This document shows positions 46,939 to 55,084 of a DNA stretch of 64,000 nucleotides, in pieces. The notes beneath the pieces were generated by a model, which worked only from the letters and a program-made list of their open reading frames with translations, was not told the DNA's origin and searched no databases. The stretch is from an uncultured Gammaproteobacteria bacterium. GTDB taxonomy: Bacteria; Patescibacteriota; Patescibacteriia; SG8-24. The translations under genes were made by a program, and so were the position numbers. The stretch covers positions 8,766-72,765 of the forward strand of contig CAZBFO010000003.1 in NCBI GenBank assembly GCA_964491475.1. The letters are read 5' to 3'. Each line of letters starts with the position of its first letter. Positions within the stretch are counted from its first letter, which is position 1.

Positions 46939-47583
46939 ATGACGCCTCCCATGCATTCCTACGACTCCCACTACCTGTACGTCCTCTCGCGAGGCTGGAA
47001 GAAAATTCTGGTCTTCGCTTTGGGTATCGCTCTCGCCGGCGCCGGTTTGAGCCTGCTGTTCCCGTTGCGCTACAGCTCGTCGATGCGCATGCTCATCATT
47101 CAGAAGCAGCTTTCGGCGACCGATCCGTACACTGCCATCAAGGCTTCGGAACGCATTTCGGACAACTTGTCGCAGATCATGTACACCACCTCGTTTTTCG
47201 ACAAGGTGATGGGCTCCAACTTCACCATCGACAAGTCGGTCTTCAGCACCGACGAGATGAAGAAGCGCAAGCAGTGGAGCCAGATGATCAGCACCCAGGT
47301 GGTGCGCGACTCCGGCATGCTCATCGTGACGGTCTACCACACCGACCCCAAGCAGGCCGAGCAGATTTCCCGCGCCATCGCCTTCATCCTTTCGACCGAC
47401 GGCGCCGATTACATCGGCGGAGGCAACCTGGACATCCGCTTGGTGGACGATCCGTTGATTTCCAAGTACCCGGTCAAGCCAAACATCCCCGCCAATGCCG
47501 TTCTCGGCTTTATGCTGGGCATCATCATCGGCACCGGCTACGTGCTGTCGGATTCGCGTCGACATTCCATTTTTGGAGCTTAA
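46939..47583 (+). CDS. Wzz/Cap-type polysaccharide co-polymerase (chain-length determinant) family protein
   Basis: Two terminal TM helices flanking a periplasmic domain; Pro-rich PVKPNIPANAVLGFMLGIIIG motif before TM2. Start set at ATG 46939 because the track's TTG at 46930 coincides with the predicted TSS. Confidence 0.6.
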   Translation: MTPPMHSYDSHYLYVLSRGWKKILVFALGIALAGAGLSLLFPLRYSSSMRMLIIQKQLSATDPYTAIKASERISDNLSQIMYTTSFFDKVMGSNFTIDKSVFSTDEMKKRKQWSQMISTQVVRDSGMLIVTVYHTDPKQAEQISRAIAFILSTDGADYIGGGNLDIRLVDDPLISKYPVKPNIPANAVLGFMLGIIIGTGYVLSDSRRHSIFGA

Positions 47584-47605
47584 AGTCAGAAAAGAACTAA
47601 GATTA

Positions 47606-47641
47606 GCCAAATCCGCCAAAACGGCGGATTTGGCTTATTTT
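47606..47641 (+). terminator. intrinsic terminator
   Basis: gccaaatccgcc-aaaac-ggcggatttggc, perfect 12-bp stem followed by ttatttt. Confidence 0.6.
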
Positions 47642-47743
47642 AGATAAAATATTCATTTTAAGGCTAAAATTATCCCGAGAAATGATGGGTAAGAGGCTTA
47701 AATTTAAGCTTAAACAAAGATGATTTTTGCCCTGTGGGTCATC

Positions 47744-47773
47744 TTGACAAAAGCCCTGTTTTATGTTACAGTC
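47744..47773 (+). promoter_or_regulatory. sigma70-like promoter TTGACAAAAGCCC...TGTTACAGT inside an AT-rich island
   Basis: -35 TTGACA 47744-47749, 18-nt spacer, extended -10 TGtTACAGT. Confidence 0.45.
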
Positions 47774-47991
47774 CTGTGTTAATTGATAACTGGAGCATTG
47801 AGACCGTTTGGCGAACAGCGCGACATCTCCTCCTCGTCACGCTGGACGTCAAACGGTCCCAGGGCTTCACGGTTCTGGAAAATGTTCGCTGACAATCGAA
47901 TGTGCACGGTTACAAGGCATTGGAAAATGCTTCGGCCGCCACCACTCGTGCCCGGAAGGGCCAACCATCCCTTTTGGGAAGGAGCAAGGTC

Positions 47992-48942
47992 ATGAAGAAT
48001 ATCGTTGTTACGTGTCTCACGGTTCTCGCTCTCACGATGGTGTCCAGCGTCGCTCTCGCGGAGGGCTCGCAGGTCAAGCTCCCGGCCGACGTGGCCGCGT
48101 GCGTCAACGCCTGCACGGGCTCAAGCCCTTCGGGCGCGGGCTCGTGCTGCGAAGACAGCGACCGGCGTCTCAAAGTCCTCGAGGCCGACCTTGCCCAGCG
48201 CAGGGCTTGGCTCGAGGCTGCTCGGAAGAATGTCCGGCCGCAGGTCGATAGGGTCAAGCAGCTTCAGGATCAACTGAAGTCGCTCAACGAGAGCGTCGAC
48301 AAGAACGCAGGCGAACTCGCCCGCGTCGCCGGCGAACTCGCCGTCCAGACCAAGAAGCTCGAAGATTTGACCAAAGACGTCAAAAATTTGGCAGAAAAGG
48401 TCTCGGGCCTCGAGCGCGATCTCGCCGACCTGAAGAAGACGGTCGACGGTCACGATGCGACGCTCGCCGATCACAGCAAGCGCCTCGAGAAGCTCGAGCT
48501 GGCGCCGCCCTCCATCAGGGTCGGCTTCCACGCGGGCGTCCTCGGGCTGCATGCCTTCGGCAGCGGCACGGACTTCACGGCAGTGCCGATTACTGCTAGC
48601 CTGACCTTCCCGATTTCGAAGCGCGTCACGGTGTTCACCGAGGCGGGCGCGACGTTGTCGGGAGACAGGTACGCGGTCGGCACCGTGCTTCACGGGGCCG
48701 CGCAGTACCACTTCGACCCGCACTGGTCGATCGACGGCGGCGTCACCAGCGTGTGGGCCGGTTTCAACAACCACCTGAAGGCCGCGCAAGCGTCCTTCCT
48801 GGCGGATGTGGGGCCAACCTACACGAATGGCGTCTTCATGGCGCGTGCCGGCCTCCTGGCCGGTCCGGCCTTCGAGCCAAGCCCGAAGGGAGCGTCTTTC
48901 GCTCTCGGCGGTACGCTTTCGCTCGGGGTCGTCTTGCCCTGA
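47992..48942 (+). CDS. hypothetical secreted coiled-coil protein with a C-terminal beta-rich domain
   Basis: Start at the MKNIVVT ATG with ggaaggagc RBS; signal peptide; CxxxC..CC; ~120-aa heptad-like region (LEADLAQRRAWLEAARK..LKKTVDG); Gly/aromatic-rich C-terminus. Confidence 0.5.
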   Translation: MKNIVVTCLTVLALTMVSSVALAEGSQVKLPADVAACVNACTGSSPSGAGSCCEDSDRRLKVLEADLAQRRAWLEAARKNVRPQVDRVKQLQDQLKSLNESVDKNAGELARVAGELAVQTKKLEDLTKDVKNLAEKVSGLERDLADLKKTVDGHDATLADHSKRLEKLELAPPSIRVGFHAGVLGLHAFGSGTDFTAVPITASLTFPISKRVTVFTEAGATLSGDRYAVGTVLHGAAQYHFDPHWSIDGGVTSVWAGFNNHLKAAQASFLADVGPTYTNGVFMARAGLLAGPAFEPSPKGASFALGGTLSLGVVLP

Positions 48943-49019
48943 GCGTGAGCTGGGGCGGTCCGAAATTGTTCGGACCGCCCTTCACCAAAAGTTCAACGCA
49001 TCAGGATTAGGAGCCAGTC

Positions 49020-49697
49020 ATGAAAACGTTCATCAAGTTCGCGAGCTTGCTCTCGTTCATCGTCATCTTTGCCGTCATCGGCGGCTGCGGCCTCCAGGAC
49101 GGCGAGTCCGACCCGGGATCCGGCGGTCCGCCTCCGAACAGCGGAGGCAACGGCGGTAACGGCGGGAATGGCGGTAACGGCGGTAACGGCGGCAACGGCG
49201 GTTCCGCCACGACCAGCAATGGCGGGGCGAAGCCTACGAACAAGGCTTGTGCTGTCGTCGATCTGCCCTCACCGTTCCAGAGCATCAAGTCGTACGACTT
49301 GGACTTTAACAAGTTCTACGTCAGCGGCTCAAGCACCGGCTTCGTGTGCGGCACTCTGCCGAACATGAAGTGGGACCAGTGCCAGGCTCTCGGCGACGAC
49401 AACGCTGATGCCTGGATCGGGATGACGATCGTGGACCCGAAGGCACTGCCGGACGGCACGTACGACTTCTCGTACAAGGACGCACGCGACGTGTTTGCAC
49501 AGTACGGCGCTCCTGCGCAGATTCTGTGCATGCCGCGCGACGGTGTCGCGTACCTTCAGTGCAATTGGGTCAACCAAGACGGCTCGACGACGGATCTCGG
49601 TCGCCAGGGCGAGTGCCACGTTCGCGTCAGTACGCATTCCGGCGTCATTTCGCCGGCAGGCAATGCTGTCGTGTTCTGGGACCGTCTGAACAAGTGA
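49020..49697 (+). CDS. lipoprotein with (GGN)n linker and Cys-containing C-terminal domain
   Basis: 225 aa; signal peptide plus lipobox-like VIGGC; SGGNGGNGGNGGNGGNGGNGG linker; C-terminal domain paralogous to the next gene (shared TYDFSY/TYSFTY and CNW). Confidence 0.55.
   Translation: MKTFIKFASLLSFIVIFAVIGGCGLQDGESDPGSGGPPPNSGGNGGNGGNGGNGGNGGNGGSATTSNGGAKPTNKACAVVDLPSPFQSIKSYDLDFNKFYVSGSSTGFVCGTLPNMKWDQCQALGDDNADAWIGMTIVDPKALPDGTYDFSYKDARDVFAQYGAPAQILCMPRDGVAYLQCNWVNQDGSTTDLGRQGECHVRVSTHSGVISPAGNAVVFWDRLNK
49143..49202 (+). repeat. hexanucleotide coding microsatellite (GGY AAY GGC)n
   Basis: Six consecutive ggcggtaac / ggcgggaat / ggcggcaac units encoding (GGN)6. Confidence 0.8.
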
Positions 49698-49735
49698 CGG
49701 GGTACGAAGGTCAGCCGAGATTCTTCGGCAGACAA

Positions 49736-49769
49736 GAAGGGGTCCAGCGCTTGCTGGGCCCCTCTTTTT
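49736..49769 (+). terminator. intrinsic terminator
   Basis: ggggtccagc-gctt-gctgggcccc hairpin followed by tcttttttat. Confidence 0.6.
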
Positions 49770-49806
49770 TATGCTTATTTTAGCATAAAAATAGTATATG
49801 GCATGG

Positions 49807-49835
49807 TTGACAAAATGGCTTTTTTGTGCTATGGT
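49807..49835 (+). promoter_or_regulatory. sigma70-like promoter TTGACAAAATGGCTTTTTTGTGCTATGGT
   Basis: -35 TTGACA 49807-49812, 17-nt spacer, extended -10 TGcTATGGT; AT-rich palindrome tatgcttattttagcata just upstream. Confidence 0.5.
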
Positions 49836-49919
49836 GATCAGTCCTCTAATACAAGATTTTGCGCCAACGGCCATTCGGGCTGAAGGTGTGGGGACACCAC
49901 GAATACGGGAGCTCATTCC

Positions 49920-50762
49920 ATGAAAAAGCATTTCGTTTTGGCACTGCTGTCTTCGGCGCTCATGCTCGTCGCTTGCGGCGTGCAGACCGGCGATGACGAG
50001 CTGTTCGCTCCGATGCCTCCCAATTCCGCCGCTTTCGGCGGAGTCGATGGCGGTCCGGCGGCCGACGCGGGCGCATCGCGCCCCGACGCCACGGCAGCTT
50101 CCTCCGACACCGGAGGAGGCAAGACCGACAGCGGTTCCTCGGAACCGAAGTCGGACGCGGGCGGCACGGTTCCGGACAGCGGCAGCGATGCCGCCGATTC
50201 CGGCAAACCGAAACCTGACGCATCGACCCCCGATTCCGGCGTCTCTGACGCTGGCGTCGCCGATGCGGCAACCGAAGCCGGCAGCGATGCCGGTGCCGAT
50301 TCCGGTCCGGCCGACGCTGGCGTGGTCGTTCCCGACAACGCCGATGTCGTCCGTTTGACCGCTGACCGCAAGACATTCCTGCTCTCGACTCGCTATATCT
50401 TCTCCGCCAAGTGCGGTGAGGTGCGCGGGCCGATGCCGGGCGTCGGCTGGTCCGCCGGTCCGCAGTCCTGCGACACCGATAGTGACGGCTACTTCGCCTA
50501 CACGCCGATCGCGGGGACGGTGGGGACCTACTCCTTCACTTACCTCGATCCCAACAAGCCGGCGGACGGCTGGGCCCTCTACGGCAATATCGACCTCCTT
50601 CGGGCGATGTCGCCGACGGCACGGTCGTTCGTCGAGTGCAATTGGTGGGATGCGTCCACGCAGAAGACCGTTTCGGTCGGCAACCCGAGCTGCAGCCTGA
50701 AGGCCACCTTCGGTGCCAACGGACTGCTCGCGGGTGCGGGGAACATGGCGAACCTCCAGTAG
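49920..50762 (+). CDS. lipoprotein with Asp/Ser/Gly/Ala-rich low-complexity region and C-terminal domain paralogous to the preceding lipoprotein
   Basis: 280 aa; classic lipobox LMLVAC; gggag RBS; ~90-aa acidic repeat-like region; shared C-terminal Cys pattern. Confidence 0.55.
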   Translation: MKKHFVLALLSSALMLVACGVQTGDDELFAPMPPNSAAFGGVDGGPAADAGASRPDATAASSDTGGGKTDSGSSEPKSDAGGTVPDSGSDAADSGKPKPDASTPDSGVSDAGVADAATEAGSDAGADSGPADAGVVVPDNADVVRLTADRKTFLLSTRYIFSAKCGEVRGPMPGVGWSAGPQSCDTDSDGYFAYTPIAGTVGTYSFTYLDPNKPADGWALYGNIDLLRAMSPTARSFVECNWWDASTQKTVSVGNPSCSLKATFGANGLLAGAGNMANLQ

Positions 50763-50785
50763 GTTCGACGGAAGTTCCATTCTAA

Positions 50786-50819
50786 AAAAGGGCGGCTGAC
50801 GCTTGTCGGCCGCCCTTTT
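50786..50819. terminator. bidirectional hairpin terminator
   Basis: aaaaagggcggc..(loop)..gccgccctttt. Confidence 0.55.
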
Positions 50820-50833
50820 ACGCTGCCCAAACG

Positions 50834-50842
50834 TGCTACAAT
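50834..50842 (+). promoter_or_regulatory. extended -10 (TGCTACAAT) 9 nt upstream of ATG 50851 (leaderless candidate)
   Basis: TACAAT at 50837-50842 with TG at 50834-50835. Confidence 0.4.
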
Positions 50843-50850
50843 GGGCCTGT

Positions 50851-52395
50851 ATGCACCACGGTGAACCGGTGGCCGACATCATGGCCAAAGAAACCACCAA
50901 GGCCGTACGCAGCCCCTATGGGCCCGTTTTGGGCACTCTTTTGACCATAACGGTGCTGCTGGGCATCATCGTTTCCCCGTGGAAGGCGGTGGCGCTGGCC
51001 GTAACCCTGGCGGTAGTGGTGGTTACCATGGCTAGGCCGCATTGGGCGCTGTTTTTCCTGGCGGTCTACACGCCCTTCGAACCTTTCCTTCTCAAATTCG
51101 TCCCGGACGAACTGTACGTCTACGCGCGTTATTTTACCGAGGGCCTGGTGTACCTGCTGTTGGCGGCCGTGCTCGTGCGCATCTTCGCGCGCGAAAAGAA
51201 AATGGTGGCCACGCCCATCGACCTGCCGTTCGTTTTTTTCCTGCTGGTCGCCCTCACTTCGTTGGTCGTGAATTTCGTGCCGCCGTTCATCGGCATCCTC
51301 GGTTTGCGGCAGATCATCCGCTTCATCCTGCTGTTCTTCGCGACCGTCTACCTTAATCCCGAGGAACAGTTCATTCGCAAGGTGACTGCGGCGATGTTCT
51401 GCGTGGTGGCGTTCGAGGGCGTGCTCGGATTGGCGCAGGCTTTCGTGGGTGCGCCGCTCGACCAGTTCCTGATTCCCAGCGAGCGTCACTTTTACGAAAG
51501 CATCCAGCTGACCAGCGGCACCGCCCAGTCGTGGTCGCCAGGCACGCGCGTCTTCGCCACGCTCGGGCGGTATGACCAATTGGGCACGTTCCTGTGCTTC
51601 TTCATCGTGCTGGCCATCGGCCTGTGGTACGTGCACGGGCGCAAGGAAGGCGGTCGCAAGTTCATGCCGTTCGCCGTCGCCGCGCTGCCGGCCCTCCTGC
51701 TGACGCTTTCGCGCGCCTCGTGGTTCGGCCTGCTCATCGCGCTGTTCTGCATCGGCGGCATGCTGATGCGCGACTGGCGGGTGCGGTTCGCCTACGCGGG
51801 TGCGATTTTCCTGGCGGTGGGCTATCTGGCCGTTTCCGGCATCACCGTCAAATACCTCACGGATTATCCCGAACAGACGCCGATAGAGCGCCTGTTCGAA
51901 TCGTTCTCGTACGAGCGGTGGCGCGGCGAATATTACGGCCTCGGTCGGCTGTACTGGATCGTGCAGACGCCGGCAGTGGTGGTGCGCTCGTCGCCGCTGG
52001 TGGGCGTGGGTCCCGGCCAATACGGTGGGGGAGCCGCCGCGGCGCTCGGCAACACCACGGTATACGAGCGCCTGAACCTGCCCTTCGGCGTCTACGGCAC
52101 GGACGGGTATATTGACAACAACTGGTTCTCGCTGTGGGGCGAGACGGGAACGCTCGGCCTGGTGTTCTACCTGTGGATGTTCGTGGCGCTGTGGCGAATG
52201 TCGCTGACCGTCTGGCGCGAGGCCAAGGACAAGAACGTGCGCGGCCTGGCGCTGGGTTTTGCCGGCTGCCTGCTGGCGTTCGGTTTCCAGGCGTTCCTGG
52301 CGACCTACCTCGAAGTGCGCACCATCGCGCTGTATTTTTGGATGTACGCCGCCTTCGTGTACGTCCTCGGGCGCAGGAACAAGGTGTTCAGCTAA
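50851..52395 (+). CDS. O-antigen ligase / Wzy_C family polytopic membrane protein
   Basis: About 12 TM helices; periplasmic loop LLLTLSRASWFGLLIALF typical of the O-antigen-ligase (Wzy_C) domain. Start at 50851 (MHHGEP) favoured over 50803 or 50881 from promoter position. Confidence 0.65.
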   Translation: MHHGEPVADIMAKETTKAVRSPYGPVLGTLLTITVLLGIIVSPWKAVALAVTLAVVVVTMARPHWALFFLAVYTPFEPFLLKFVPDELYVYARYFTEGLVYLLLAAVLVRIFAREKKMVATPIDLPFVFFLLVALTSLVVNFVPPFIGILGLRQIIRFILLFFATVYLNPEEQFIRKVTAAMFCVVAFEGVLGLAQAFVGAPLDQFLIPSERHFYESIQLTSGTAQSWSPGTRVFATLGRYDQLGTFLCFFIVLAIGLWYVHGRKEGGRKFMPFAVAALPALLLTLSRASWFGLLIALFCIGGMLMRDWRVRFAYAGAIFLAVGYLAVSGITVKYLTDYPEQTPIERLFESFSYERWRGEYYGLGRLYWIVQTPAVVVRSSPLVGVGPGQYGGGAAAALGNTTVYERLNLPFGVYGTDGYIDNNWFSLWGETGTLGLVFYLWMFVALWRMSLTVWREAKDKNVRGLALGFAGCLLAFGFQAFLATYLEVRTIALYFWMYAAFVYVLGRRNKVFS

Positions 52396-52401
52396 AAGCG
52401 C

Positions 52402-53658
52402 ATGAAAGTCGTCTTTGCCAACAAATACTATTTTCTGAAGGGCGGCGCGGAGCGCTATCTTTTCGATTTGAAGGCGCTGCTGGAGCGCCACGGCAACGAG
52501 GTCATACCTTTCGCCATGCGGGACGGGCGCAACCTCAAGACGCCGTGGGAAAAATATTTCGTCAGCGCCGTGCGGACCGAGCGCGTGCGTTTCTCGCTTG
52601 ACGGTCTCAAGACCGCCGGCCGGATGCTGTACTCGTTCGAGGCCAAGCGCAAGTTCGCGAGGCTGCTCGATGCCGCCAAGCCGCAGCTGCTGCACGTGCA
52701 CAACATCTACCACCAGATTTCGCCGTCCATTCTTCCCGAAGCGCGCAAGCGGGGAATCCCCGTGGTGATGACCGCGCACGATTACAAGCTGGTCGCGCCC
52801 AACTACTCGCTGTTTCACGACGGCGCCATCTGCGAGCGTACCAAGCCCGACAAGTACTGGCAGGCATACAGGCACCGTTGCATCAAAGGCTCTGCCGCCG
52901 CCAGCGCGCTCGCGGCGATGGAGATGACCCTGCACAAGGCGCTCGGCCTGTACCGAGACAACGTCGACAAGATCATCGCGCCCAGCCGCTTCATGCAGGC
53001 GCTGCTGGCCGAATACGGCATTCCCGCCCGAAAGATCGTGCATATCCCGCATCCGATCGACGCCTCGGCATGGCGACCGGCTTTCGGAGGGGGGAAGTAT
53101 GCGCTCTACGTGGGGCGCTTGTCCGAGGAGAAGGGCGTCGACGTTTTGATCCGCGCCGCGGCCATGCGAAAAGACATCCCCGTGCATATCGTGGGCACCG
53201 GCCCGGACGAGGCGCGATTAAAAGAGCTGGCCAAGAAGCTCGATGCCGCTAACGTCATCTTCCGCGGCTTCATGTCCGGCGGCGACCTCCGATCCGAATA
53301 TGCCGGAGCAAGTTTCCTGGTCGTTCCTTCGGTCTGGTACGAAGTCTTCGGCCTGATCGTTCTCGAAGCCTACGCTGCAGGCAAACCGGTGGTGGCCTCG
53401 CAAATCGGCGGCCTCGGCGAACTGGTCCGCGACGGCGAAACCGGCTTCCTCTGCTCCGCCGGCGACTCCGAAGACTTTGCCGACAAGATGGGCGCATTGT
53501 GGGACGCCCCGTTAATAGCCGACGACATGGGCGTCGCCGGACGCGCTTGGGTGGAAAGCGACTTCACCCCGGATGAACACCTGAAAAGGATTCTCGACGT
53601 ATATGCGGGCGCGCTGGCGTCCGCAAGCGCGCCCCTTGCGCGGCCCCGCTCCGGGTGA
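52402..53658 (+). CDS. glycosyltransferase family 4 (GT-B, RfaB-like)
   Basis: 418 aa; EVFGLIVLEAYAAGKPVVASQIGGLGELVRDGETGFL, the E-x7-E GT4 C-terminal motif. Confidence 0.85.
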   Translation: MKVVFANKYYFLKGGAERYLFDLKALLERHGNEVIPFAMRDGRNLKTPWEKYFVSAVRTERVRFSLDGLKTAGRMLYSFEAKRKFARLLDAAKPQLLHVHNIYHQISPSILPEARKRGIPVVMTAHDYKLVAPNYSLFHDGAICERTKPDKYWQAYRHRCIKGSAAASALAAMEMTLHKALGLYRDNVDKIIAPSRFMQALLAEYGIPARKIVHIPHPIDASAWRPAFGGGKYALYVGRLSEEKGVDVLIRAAAMRKDIPVHIVGTGPDEARLKELAKKLDAANVIFRGFMSGGDLRSEYAGASFLVVPSVWYEVFGLIVLEAYAAGKPVVASQIGGLGELVRDGETGFLCSAGDSEDFADKMGALWDAPLIADDMGVAGRAWVESDFTPDEHLKRILDVYAGALASASAPLARPRSG

Positions 53659-53695
53659 CGCTCTCGCTAAAAAAAATCTCGGCTCCGAGCAATCA

Positions 53696-53722
53696 AAAAC
53701 GAGACCCCTTCGGTCTCGTTTT
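53696..53722. terminator. bidirectional intrinsic terminator between two convergent GT4 genes
   Basis: aaaaacgagacc-ccttc-ggtctcgttttt. Confidence 0.6.
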
Positions 53723-53735
53723 GGCATGTGATCGG

Positions 53736-54941
53736 TTACGCCGTCATCCGCGTCCGCTTCGCGCTCACGAGCGCGGCCGTCGCGGTCCTGCGGGAAGCCG
53801 CGCGCATCGCGCTCCGTTCCGTCGCGAACAGCGACTCGTACGTGCGCTCGACGCCGCGCGCGACGTCATCCCAATGGTAGTTGGCGATGACGAATTTCTT
53901 GGCGGCGGCTCCGTTCAGCGCGACTGCTTCGGGCTGGTCGAGCAGCACGCGCAGCTTGCGGGTGAGGTCGGCGACGCTGCGGTTGCGGAAGCTCATGCCG
54001 AACTCGCGGGTGCATTCCATGTTCTCGGGAATGTCGGAAGCGAGGACGGTCTTGCCGTAGCTCATGGCTTCGAGAACTGCGATGGGCAGGCCTTCGGATT
54101 CCGAAGGGTGCACGACGGCGTACGAACCGGCGAAGACCTGCTCGAGCGCGCGGCCCTTGAGGTAGCCGGTAAAGAGGATGTCGGGGTTGCCGGCGGCCAT
54201 GGCGCGCAGGCGGGCCACGTAGTCGTCGGTGAAGGCCGAGCCGCCGACGATGACCAGCTTCTTGCCGCGGGTCAGGTCGCGCTTTTGCAGGCGCTGATAG
54301 GCCTCGATGAGATGGTGCGCGCCCTTATGGCGCACCAGGCGCGAAACCATGATCACGTAACCGTCTTTCTTCAGGCCGAACTTGGCCAGGACGTCAGTGC
54401 CGATGCGTCCGGGAGTCTCGATGCCGTTCGGAACGTAGATGACGTCGCCGCCGAAGCGGTGCATGCAGTACGACTGCAACGTCTTGGAGACGGCGATGGT
54501 CTGATGGGGGAACATGCAGGCGGCGCGTTCGCCGAGGCCGAGCATGGTGCGGGCGATGAAGCCCCACTTTTGGTGGTTGCGGTCGACACAGTGGAAGGTC
54601 GCCACGACTTTGGCGCGAGGCGCGAACACGCGCGGAATCCAGGAAAGCAGCGACGGACCGACGCCATGATAATGGATCACTTCGGCACCGTCGCGAATCG
54701 CGTGCACCGTCGAAGTGAAGGTGTGCACGATGGCATCGAGGTGCTTGGAGTTGATGGTCGGAGTGGCCACCGTGCTGACGCCTTTCGAAAAGCGGCGCTT
54801 TGCGGGCGCATACCAAGAACGCGTGTAGACGGTCACATCATGCCCTCGCTTGCCCAGGCGAACAGCCAAAGCTTCAACGTGGCGCTCAATGCCGCCAAAT
54901 TGCGTGGGGATGCCCTTTTGTCCGATCATTGCGATCTTCAT
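53736..54941 (-). CDS. glycosyltransferase family 4
   Basis: 401 aa; N-terminal MKIAMIGQKGIPTQFGGIERHVEALA and C-terminal EGLPIAVLEAMSYGKTVLASDIPEN motifs. Confidence 0.85.
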   Translation of the reverse strand: MKIAMIGQKGIPTQFGGIERHVEALAVRLGKRGHDVTVYTRSWYAPAKRRFSKGVSTVATPTINSKHLDAIVHTFTSTVHAIRDGAEVIHYHGVGPSLLSWIPRVFAPRAKVVATFHCVDRNHQKWGFIARTMLGLGERAACMFPHQTIAVSKTLQSYCMHRFGGDVIYVPNGIETPGRIGTDVLAKFGLKKDGYVIMVSRLVRHKGAHHLIEAYQRLQKRDLTRGKKLVIVGGSAFTDDYVARLRAMAAGNPDILFTGYLKGRALEQVFAGSYAVVHPSESEGLPIAVLEAMSYGKTVLASDIPENMECTREFGMSFRNRSVADLTRKLRVLLDQPEAVALNGAAAKKFVIANYHWDDVARGVERTYESLFATERSAMRAASRRTATAALVSAKRTRMTA

Positions 54942-54991
54942 AGGCGTTTTTGGCTCAACACTGCGATAAAAGCAGTATTTGAGAACCAGCT

Positions 54992-55020
54992 AACTTAGCA
55001 TAATTTTGGCTGATTGTCAA
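54992..55020 (-). promoter_or_regulatory. sigma70-like promoter (TTGACA-17-TAAGTT)
   Basis: Minus strand: ttgacaatcagccaaaattatgctaagtt, about 45 nt upstream of the GT4 ATG. Confidence 0.45.
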
Positions 55021-55044
55021 CGGTCGTGGTGGCCATAACTAACA

Positions 55045-55070
55045 AAAAAGCCCTTAAACAAGGGCTTTTT
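55045..55070. terminator. bidirectional intrinsic terminator
   Basis: aaaaagccctt-aaac-aagggcttttt. Confidence 0.6.
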
Positions 55071-55084
55071 TCAGGCTTCTGGCC

